Assembly (NCBI GenBank): GCA_000435175.1
Contig: FR880073.1
Span: 1,625 to 65,624 of the forward strand
Direction of reading: 5' to 3'
Length of the DNA: 64,000 nucleotides
Source of the DNA: Clostridium sp. CAG:245
Lineage (GTDB): Bacteria; Bacillota; Clostridia; TANB77; CAG-508
Numbering within the stretch: the stretch's first letter is position 1; each line of letters opens with the position of its first letter. Shown here piece by piece: positions 55,921-64,000 of the stretch. Below the pieces are notes generated by a model, which made no database searches, was not told the DNA's origin, and saw only the letters and a program-made list of their open reading frames with translations. The position numbers and the translations under genes were made by a program.

Positions 55921-57174
55921 CTAAATTAAAGCACCTTGATTAACAAGTTCTTCTTGAACAGCTTTTACATCATAAGATGTGTTGTCTAGTGTTAAAGCTG
56001 CTGCTACACCTGCTGCTTGTCCAGTAGCAAATCCTGTTCCCATAACACGTACAGAACCAAGTGCTAATGAGTCTGTAGAAATTGTTCTACCAGCAGCCCA
56101 TAAATTCTTAGCATCTTTAACTTTTAGACATCCTAAAGGAATAGAGAAGTACTCGTTATCTGGAATATGAGTGTATTTTATAGAAGTGTTGCTTTTGTGC
56201 ATTTCTGGGCTCCAAGCGCCTCTTGCTATACTATCATCACTCTTTGGTGCCATTATTATTTCTTCACCTTTAAGCATTTTGTCACCAATTATTCTTCTTG
56301 CTTCACGAATACCAACTGCTGGTCCAGAAGAAGAAATAATCATGTCTTGGAATCCGTCTAGATAGTTCTTAAATGCCATTGCATAATTGTGAACTTGTGA
56401 ACGAAGTTCCATTTCTGTTTCTGTAAGTGTTTCTGCGTCAAGAGCAGGAACTATTGTACTTGGAATTGTACAATATCCATAAGTTTTGTCTGGAATTTTA
56501 ATTATTAATCCAGTTTCCTTCTTAATTTCAATTCCATTTTCCTTTGCTTTTTTCAAAGCAGCTTCAATGTCAGGTTTCAAGATTTCTCTTGCTGGAATAT
56601 TGTCAATTCTAAATGGTAATGAAGATTGTTGAACTTTTCCTTCAGCATCTCCCCAGTTAGTTGCTATTCCTGCAAAATGAACTAAGTTAGCATTTCCAGA
56701 AGCATCAACAAAAGCCTTAGCTTTTACTGTGAATGTTCCTTCATCATCTGTACATTTAATTTCTTCAATCATTCCATTATTGTTTACTACTTCATACATT
56801 TGAGCATGTAAGAAATATTCTACAGAACTCTTTTTTAACATTTGGTCCATAACCAATTTTACGTATTCTGGATTAAAAGATACAGAAACGTTACCTGTGG
56901 ACTTTGATGGTCTTGGATGGATATTTGTGCCATAGGCTTCTAACTTTTTTAGAACTTCTCCACCAATTCCTTGTACAACTTGATCATAATTTTCGCCTCT
57001 TGTGAAAAAACCACAATAAGCAGTAACTTGTGAATTTGTAGCTTGTCCACCGAAATATGGATTTCTTTCGATTAAGACTGTTCTAGCACCAGCTCTTGAT
57101 GCTCCAATTGCTGCAGCTATACCTGCTGCACCACCGCCAACAACCGCTACATCACATTCAATATGTCTTTGCAT
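55921..57174 (-). CDS. FAD-dependent oxidoreductase
   Basis: ATG 57174 follows SD AAAGGAGG. Dinucleotide-binding motif DVAVVGGGAAGIAAAIGASRAGARTVLIE. Confidence 0.8.
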   Translation of the reverse strand: MQRHIECDVAVVGGGAAGIAAAIGASRAGARTVLIERNPYFGGQATNSQVTAYCGFFTRGENYDQVVQGIGGEVLKKLEAYGTNIHPRPSKSTGNVSVSFNPEYVKLVMDQMLKKSSVEYFLHAQMYEVVNNNGMIEEIKCTDDEGTFTVKAKAFVDASGNANLVHFAGIATNWGDAEGKVQQSSLPFRIDNIPAREILKPDIEAALKKAKENGIEIKKETGLIIKIPDKTYGYCTIPSTIVPALDAETLTETEMELRSQVHNYAMAFKNYLDGFQDMIISSSGPAVGIREARRIIGDKMLKGEEIIMAPKSDDSIARGAWSPEMHKSNTSIKYTHIPDNEYFSIPLGCLKVKDAKNLWAAGRTISTDSLALGSVRVMGTGFATGQAAGVAAALTLDNTSYDVKAVQEELVNQGALI

Positions 57175-57336
57175 AATTGAACCTCCTTTAAAAAATATTA
57201 TATAAAAATACACTCAAATTATACCATAAAAAGAAAAAATAAAGGCAATTGCAATATAAATGTCATAAAAATGTAACAAAATGTAAAATAACGTCTAAAA
57301 TTAATTTTGAAAATTTATAAAATCTATATAAAATAC

Positions 57337-57365
57337 TTGAAAACTGTTTGTCTTTGGTATAGAAT
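57337..57365 (+). promoter_or_regulatory. Sigma-A-type promoter upstream of gap
   Basis: TTGAAA - 17 nt - TAGAAT. Confidence 0.4.
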
Positions 57366-57370
57366 ATTAA

Positions 57371-58435
<1,065 letters not shown>

Positions 58436-58456
58436 TAGAGTATAATAACAATTTTG

Positions 58457-58488
58457 GGGCTTGGCATTTCTTAATTCAAGCCCTTTTA
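58457..58488 (+). terminator. Hairpin/attenuator between gap and pgk
   Basis: 7-bp stem gggcttg / caagccc followed by TTTT. Confidence 0.5.
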
Positions 58489-58515
58489 TTACAATTTAAG
58501 AAAGGGAGATATACC

Positions 58516-59703
58516 ATGAATAAAAAGACTGTTAGAGACATTGATGTTAAAGGAAAGAAAGTTTTAGTAAGATGCGATTTCAACGTTCCTTTAGATGAAA
58601 ATAAAAATATAACAGATAATAGAAGAATAGTTGGAGCTCTTCCAACAATAAAATATTTATTAGATAATGATTGCAAAGTAATTCTTTGCTCACATTTAGG
58701 AAGACCAAAGGGACAAGTAAATAAAGATTTTTCTTTAGAGCCAGTTGCAAAAGAATTATCTAAATTATTAGGTAAAGAAGTAAAACTTGCAAATGATATA
58801 ATAGGAAAGAGTGCTAAAGAATTAACTGCAAACATGAAAGATGGAGAAATTGTTCTATTAGAAAATGTTAGATTTGATAGTAGAGAAGAAGCAAATGATG
58901 CAGAGTTTGCAAAAGAACTTGCAAGTTTAGCTGAAATATATGTAAATGATGCATTTGGAACAGCTCACAGAGCACATGCTTCAACAGCAGGAGTAGCAAG
59001 CTATTTGCCAGCAGTAGCAGGTTTCTTAATGGAGAAAGAATTAAACTTCTTAGGAACAACACTAGAAAATCCAGAAAGACCATTTGTTGCAATACTTGGA
59101 GGAAAAAAGGTATCAGATAAAATTGGTGTTATCGATAGTTTATTAGAAAAAGTAGATACATTAATGATTGGTGGAGGAATGGCTTATACATTCTTTAAAT
59201 CAATGGGATACAATGTTGGAAATTCTATTTGTGAATTAGATAAATTAGATTTAGCAAAAAGTTTAATGGAAAAAGCTAAAGCAAAAGGTGTAAAATTGAT
59301 GCTTCCTGTAGATACTAAAGTAGGAAAAGAATTCAAAGAAGACACAGAAAGTAAAACTGTTAAATACACAGAAATACCAGATGGTTGGGAAGGATTCGAC
59401 ATTGGTGCAGAAACAATAAAGATGTATCAAAACGAATTATCAAAAGCAAAAACTGTTATCTGGAATGGACCTTTAGGATTGTTTGAATTTGACCAATTTG
59501 CAATAGGAACAAATGCAATAGCAGAATACTTAGGAAACCTAGAAAATGTTACAACAGTAATAGGTGGAGGAGATTCAGCAGCTGCAATAGAAAAACTAGG
59601 AATTGGAGATAAATTCACACACATTTCAACAGGTGGTGGAGCATCACTTGAATTCTTAGAAGGAAAGAAACTTCCAGGAGTTGAATGTTTATTAGATAAA
59701 TAG
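58516..59703 (+). CDS. pgk: Phosphoglycerate kinase
   Basis: [29 protein letters not shown] and GGGDS motifs. Confidence 0.95.
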   Translation: MNKKTVRDIDVKGKKVLVRCDFNVPLDENKNITDNRRIVGALPTIKYLLDNDCKVILCSHLGRPKGQVNKDFSLEPVAKELSKLLGKEVKLANDIIGKSAKELTANMKDGEIVLLENVRFDSREEANDAEFAKELASLAEIYVNDAFGTAHRAHASTAGVASYLPAVAGFLMEKELNFLGTTLENPERPFVAILGGKKVSDKIGVIDSLLEKVDTLMIGGGMAYTFFKSMGYNVGNSICELDKLDLAKSLMEKAKAKGVKLMLPVDTKVGKEFKEDTESKTVKYTEIPDGWEGFDIGAETIKMYQNELSKAKTVIWNGPLGLFEFDQFAIGTNAIAEYLGNLENVTTVIGGGDSAAAIEKLGIGDKFTHISTGGGASLEFLEGKKLPGVECLLDK

Positions 59704-59713
59704 GAGGACGTTT

Positions 59714-60463
59714 ATGAGAAGAAAGGTAATCGCAGGAAACTGGAAAATGAATATGCTTCCAGCAGATACAATAAATTTTATAGAAGGTTTAGCTCCTCTT
59801 GTAAAAGATTCTGAAAATGAAGTTATATTATGTGTACCATATACAGATTTATTTTATGCATGGCATACAACAGAAGGCACTAATATTCATATCGGTGCAG
59901 AAAATATGCACTGGGAAGAAAAGGGGGCATATACAGGAGAAGTTTCTGGACAAATGCTAAAGAGCATAGGAGTTGAATATGTTATAATAGGCCACTCTGA
60001 GAGACGTGCATATTTTGCAGAAACAGATGAAACTGTAAACAAGAAAATTAAATCTGCATTTGCAAATGATTTGAAACCAATAGTTTGTGTTGGAGAGTCT
60101 TTAGAACAAAGAGAAGCTGGCAAAACTGAAGAAGTTATAACAAAGCAAGTTGAATTAGCACTAGCTGGTCTTACAGAAGAACAAGTAAAAAATACTATAA
60201 TAGCATATGAACCAATTTGGGCAATTGGAACTGGAAAAACAGCTACATCAGAAGATGCAAATAATAGTATTAAAGCTATAAGAAAAAAGATTTCTGAAAT
60301 ATATGGAAATGTTGCAGAAGATGTAATTATTCAATATGGTGGAAGTGTAAAATCAACAAATGCAAAAGAACTATTCGAAACATCAGATATTGATGGAGCC
60401 CTAGTTGGAGGAGCAAGTTTAAAAGTAGACGAATTTGCAAAAATAGTAAATTACAATAAATAG
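59714..60463 (+). CDS. tpiA: Triosephosphate isomerase
   Basis: IAGNWKMN, IGHSERR, AYEPIWAIGTG and GGASL motifs. Confidence 0.95.
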   Translation: MRRKVIAGNWKMNMLPADTINFIEGLAPLVKDSENEVILCVPYTDLFYAWHTTEGTNIHIGAENMHWEEKGAYTGEVSGQMLKSIGVEYVIIGHSERRAYFAETDETVNKKIKSAFANDLKPIVCVGESLEQREAGKTEEVITKQVELALAGLTEEQVKNTIIAYEPIWAIGTGKTATSEDANNSIKAIRKKISEIYGNVAEDVIIQYGGSVKSTNAKELFETSDIDGALVGGASLKVDEFAKIVNYNK

Positions 60464-60540
60464 ACACAGTGTGTAGCATGGAGCTGATTTATAGAAAAAA
60501 ATATAGCTCTGTGCCTTTGGAAAGGAAATGGAATAAGAAA

Positions 60541-62076
60541 ATGAAAGATAAATTGACAATGCTAATGATATTAGATGGTTTTGGAATAAATGAAAATGAG
60601 CAAGGAAATGCAGTAAAGCTTGCCAATACTCCAAACATAGACAAATTAATGAAAACATGCCCAACAACAAGAATTTTTGCTAGTGGAATGAGTGTAGGAC
60701 TACCAGAAGGACAAATGGGAAATTCAGAGGTAGGCCATACAAACATTGGAGCTGGAAGAATTGTTTATCAAGAGTTAACAAAAATAACAAAATCAATAGA
60801 AGATGGAGATTTTTTCAGTATTCCAGAATTTAATAAGGCAATAGAAAATTGTAAAAAATATAATTCTAAATTGCATATAATGGGCTTATTATCAGACGGT
60901 GGTGTACATAGCCACATTCGCCATTTGTATGGATTATTAGAACTTGCAAAGAGAAAAGATTTTGAAAATGTATTTGTACATTGCTTTATGGATGGTAGAG
61001 ATACACCACCAGCTTCAGGTGAAGGATATATTACAAAACTAGAAGAAAAAATGAAAGAAAAAGGAATAGGCAAAATTGCAAGTATATCTGGAAGATTCTA
61101 TGCAATGGATAGAGATAAGAGATGGCAAAGAGTTCAAAAGGCTTATGATGCAATGGTTAATGGAGTTGGAAACAAGGCTTCATCTGCAATACAAGCAGTA
61201 GAGGCATCATACCAAAAAGAAATTTTTGATGAATTTATAGAGCCAACTGTAATATGCAATGGAGATACACCAGTTGCAAAAATAGAGCCTCATGATTCTG
61301 TAATATTCTTTAACTTTAGACCAGATAGAGCAAGAGAAATAAGCAGAACATTAGTTGATCCAGAATTTAATGATTTTGAAACAAGAAAAGATTTGGATTT
61401 ATGCTTTGTTTGTATGACCCCATATGATGAAACATTACCAAATGTTGATGTAGCATTCAAGAAAGAACATCTAAAAAATACATTTGGGGAATACATCAGT
61501 AATTTAGGTTATACTCAATTACGTATAGCAGAAACAGAGAAATATGCCCACGTAACATTCTTCTTTAATGGTGGTCAAGAAAAACAATATCCAGGAGAAG
61601 ACAGAATATTGGTTCCATCACCAAAGGTTGAAACATATGATATGCAACCAGAAATGAGTGCACCAGAAGTTACAGAAAAAGTTGTAGATGCAATAAACTC
61701 TAAGAAATATGATGTAATAATATTAAACTTTGCAAACCCAGATATGGTTGGACACACAGGAAACTTAGAAGCTGCTATAAAAGCAGTTGAAACAATAGAT
61801 GCAAGTGTTGGAAAAGTTGTAGAAGCTGTAAATGCTCAAAATGGTGTATTAATGATAACTGCTGACCATGGAAACTGCGAGCAAATGATAGACTACAAAA
61901 CAGGAGAACCACACACAGCACACACAACAAACCCTGTTCCACTAATATTAGTTGGAATGGATAATGCAAAACTAAGAGAAGGAAAACTAGCTGATTTAAC
62001 ACCAACAATGTTAGACATAATGGGATTAAAGAAGCCAGAAGAAATGACTGGAGAAAGTATTATAGTTGAAAAATAG
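60541..62076 (+). CDS. gpmI: 2,3-bisphosphoglycerate-independent phosphoglycerate mutase
   Basis: LMILDGFG, GNSEVGHTNIGAGR, DGGVHSH, NFANPDMVGHTG and ADHGN motifs. Start taken at MKDKL (60541). Confidence 0.93.
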   Translation: MKDKLTMLMILDGFGINENEQGNAVKLANTPNIDKLMKTCPTTRIFASGMSVGLPEGQMGNSEVGHTNIGAGRIVYQELTKITKSIEDGDFFSIPEFNKAIENCKKYNSKLHIMGLLSDGGVHSHIRHLYGLLELAKRKDFENVFVHCFMDGRDTPPASGEGYITKLEEKMKEKGIGKIASISGRFYAMDRDKRWQRVQKAYDAMVNGVGNKASSAIQAVEASYQKEIFDEFIEPTVICNGDTPVAKIEPHDSVIFFNFRPDRAREISRTLVDPEFNDFETRKDLDLCFVCMTPYDETLPNVDVAFKKEHLKNTFGEYISNLGYTQLRIAETEKYAHVTFFFNGGQEKQYPGEDRILVPSPKVETYDMQPEMSAPEVTEKVVDAINSKKYDVIILNFANPDMVGHTGNLEAAIKAVETIDASVGKVVEAVNAQNGVLMITADHGNCEQMIDYKTGEPHTAHTTNPVPLILVGMDNAKLREGKLADLTPTMLDIMGLKKPEEMTGESIIVEK

Positions 62077-62093
62077 AAAATAAGGGAGCGCAT

Positions 62094-62891
62094 ATGCCAA
62101 AGGGTGAAACTATAAAAGATTTATATTCCGAAATTAGAAAATGCCTTTTTTATATGATACCAGAAAAATGGGAAAGCATATATCTTTATGCGTCAGTTAT
62201 ACAAAGGGATAATGGTGAAGAAACAGGAGAAATGTTTTTTTACTATTTTCCCAAGAGTATAATAAAAAGAAATCCAATAAATGTGTATCAAATTCCACAA
62301 AAATTCAATCTAAACGAAGAAGAATATATAAAACTTACAGATGAATTGTATAACTATATAAAAAAATTAAGACACGAATGCCAGAAATATGACAAGATAA
62401 ACTGGACAAATATAACAATCAGTATAGAAAATGTTGAATTTTTGGCAGAATATAACTGTGAAGATTTAATAAATTCTATATATTCAAATGAAGATAGGAT
62501 GGCAATTTGGCAGTACAAATATCTTGAATATCCAATAGAAAAATTTACAAAATCACAGAGAGAACAAATAGAAGCATATTTGAAAGAAGAAGAAAATGGC
62601 TTACATCAATCAAAAATGTATACAGAAACCTTCTATCAACAGCATGAACACAATAGTATAGAGTATGATGTAAACAAAAAAGTGGATGAATATATAAAAG
62701 AAGATAATGAAACAACAGACTTTACAATGGTTGATAGTGAACAGTATCAAATACAGTCTGGAGGCTTTTTTAAGAGAAGAAAAAATAGATTGTTAAATGA
62801 AAGAAATGACATAGCACAGTTTGAAAATACGAGCTGCAATGAAAACAAAGAAAACGAAATTGTTGTAAGAAATCAAATATTAAAATATTAA
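62094..62891 (+). CDS. YezG/DUF600-family immunity-like protein with a ~115-aa C-terminal extension
   Basis: LYSEIRKCLFYMIPEKWESIYLYASV...EMFFYYFP...IPQKFNL.EEEY...LRHEC...WTNITISIENVEFLAEYNCEDL...RMAIWQYKYL follows the YezG (LXG-toxin antitoxin) pattern. Confidence 0.65.
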   Translation: MPKGETIKDLYSEIRKCLFYMIPEKWESIYLYASVIQRDNGEETGEMFFYYFPKSIIKRNPINVYQIPQKFNLNEEEYIKLTDELYNYIKKLRHECQKYDKINWTNITISIENVEFLAEYNCEDLINSIYSNEDRMAIWQYKYLEYPIEKFTKSQREQIEAYLKEEENGLHQSKMYTETFYQQHEHNSIEYDVNKKVDEYIKEDNETTDFTMVDSEQYQIQSGGFFKRRKNRLLNERNDIAQFENTSCNENKENEIVVRNQILKY

Positions 62892-63068
62892 ATAAGTGAT
62901 TGAAGGAAACTTTGATTGCTTATTTTTTGTAATCTTAAAAAAATTTAATAAATTACTTCACTAAAAATATTCTTTATGGTATTATAGTAGAGAAAAGAGA
63001 AAAGCTGGTTTAAAAATAATTATAATTTTATAACTAGATTTGCAAATAGAAAGAGGAATAGAATTTAT

Positions 63069-64000
63069 ATGAGAAGTAAGAAAAAAGAAAAGAAAATATA
63101 TATTTATAAATTAATTGTAACAATAATATTTGCATTGGCAATAGTATTTGTACTTAATACAGCGCAAAATTATATAAGAAATGAAATTACTGGGAAAACC
63201 AATTTAGTAATTAATAATGGAAATGTTACAAAGAGTATCAAGAATGATGTAATTGTAGAAGATGATGTAATATATTTATCTACTAAAGATATTGCAAATT
63301 TCTTTGATGACCATATTTTTTATGATAATAAGTACAATCAAATTATAACAACATCAGATACGAAGGTTGCAACATTTGTGATTGATAAAAATAAATGTAC
63401 AATAAATAGTTCAGATGTGAGTCTAATTGCACCAGCCAAAAAGATAGGTAATGAGTTTTATTTACCTTTTTCGGAGATTAGCAAGAGTGTATATAATGTG
63501 GAAACTAAATATATAAGTGAGACAAATACTGTTGTTTTAGTTTCATTAGATAGAGAACTTGTATATGCTAATAGTAGCAAGAATAATTCAGTAAAATATA
63601 TGCCAACAATTTTTTCAAAGACTGTTGATAAAATCGAAAAAGGCGATAATGTTACAGTTGTGAAGGATGATAAGACTGCAGAAAATGGCTGGACTAAGGT
63701 TACGACCGAAAATGGAAAGATTGGCTATGTAAAAACTAGCACCTTGGCAAATGAAAAACAGATTAGAGAAAAATTAAACATAGAGAAACAAATTGAAGGA
63801 AATATTAGTTTGGCATGGGATTATTTTTCAGAGTATGCATCTGCGCCACAAAGAACAGGAACAATAAAGGGTGTAAATGTTGTATCTCCAGCATTCTTAG
63901 CATTACAAGATGGAGGCAAAGGAAACCTTGTTGCTAATGTTGGAACAGCAGGAACAAATTATATAAATTGGGCTCATAATAATGGATACAAAGTTTGGGC
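63069..64000 (+). CDS. Glycoside hydrolase family 18-like spore/cell-wall hydrolase (YaaH/YdhD-like), 5' partial: TM anchor, copper-amine-oxidase-N-like domain, SH3b, start of GH18
   Basis: Open frame from ATG 63069 to the window end; absent from the ORF track because it has no stop. MRSKKKEKKIYIYKLIVTIIFALAIVFVL anchor. GDNVTVVKDDKTAENGWTKVTTENGKIGYVK is SH3-like. ISLAWDYF...GVNVVSPAFLAL...NYINWAHNNGYKVW is a GH18 N-terminal pattern. Confidence 0.65.
   Translation, partial: MRSKKKEKKIYIYKLIVTIIFALAIVFVLNTAQNYIRNEITGKTNLVINNGNVTKSIKNDVIVEDDVIYLSTKDIANFFDDHIFYDNKYNQIITTSDTKVATFVIDKNKCTINSSDVSLIAPAKKIGNEFYLPFSEISKSVYNVETKYISETNTVVLVSLDRELVYANSSKNNSVKYMPTIFSKTVDKIEKGDNVTVVKDDKTAENGWTKVTTENGKIGYVKTSTLANEKQIREKLNIEKQIEGNISLAWDYFSEYASAPQRTGTIKGVNVVSPAFLALQDGGKGNLVANVGTAGTNYINWAHNNGYKVW

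Noticed and set aside
60469-60540. N-terminal extension of gpmI (track start 60469, MCSMELIYRKK...).
   Set aside because: The conserved iPGM N-terminus begins at MKDKLTMLMILDGFG (60541). The extension would begin only 5 nt after the tpiA stop codon and has no SD.

Overview
AT-rich Firmicutes (Clostridia-like) chromosomal window, mostly housekeeping genes on the + strand. In order: a class B PBP with PASTA domains, gdpP-rplI-dnaB, tilS, ftsH, nifS, mfd, a TrmH-family methyltransferase, asnS, aspS, murT-gatD, rlmN-stp-prkC, rsgA-rpe, and gap-pgk-tpiA-gpmI. No rRNA, tRNA or CRISPR array was seen.

Accessory content between these blocks, by coordinate:
1. Left edge: a DGR-type reverse transcriptase (IGxxxSQ signature) broken by a 1-nt frameshift. 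It is translationally coupled to a protein consisting only of MutS domain I.
2. A 1667-aa wall-anchored adhesin with a thioester-type N-terminal domain, five ~650-nt tandem repeats (one 200-nt block duplicated exactly) and an xVQTG sorting signal. A REC-GGDEF variant lies nearby.
3. A ~40-nt palindromic element present three times in intergenic DNA.
4. Two G+C-richer single-gene cassettes between nifS and the TSCPD gene. Their promoters are nearly identical and each has its own terminator.
5. The best candidate for an undescribed system: an atypical, minimal type VIIb-like secretion locus (36.9-46.9 kb). It contains EssC, a YukD-like protein, DUF4176, two double-length WXG100-like paralogs at its ends, a ParA/MinD-like protein without the Walker A lysine, and a 550-aa putative effector. 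No EssA, EssB or EsaA homologs were recognised.
6. The conserved prkC-rsgA junction is interrupted by a G+C-richer lipoprotein cassette flanked by ~22-nt direct repeats, plus a DUF6922 / AbiEii-like nucleotidyltransferase pair.
7. An orphan YezG/DUF600-like immunity protein follows gpmI.

All domain calls come from motif recognition by eye. No database search was run.
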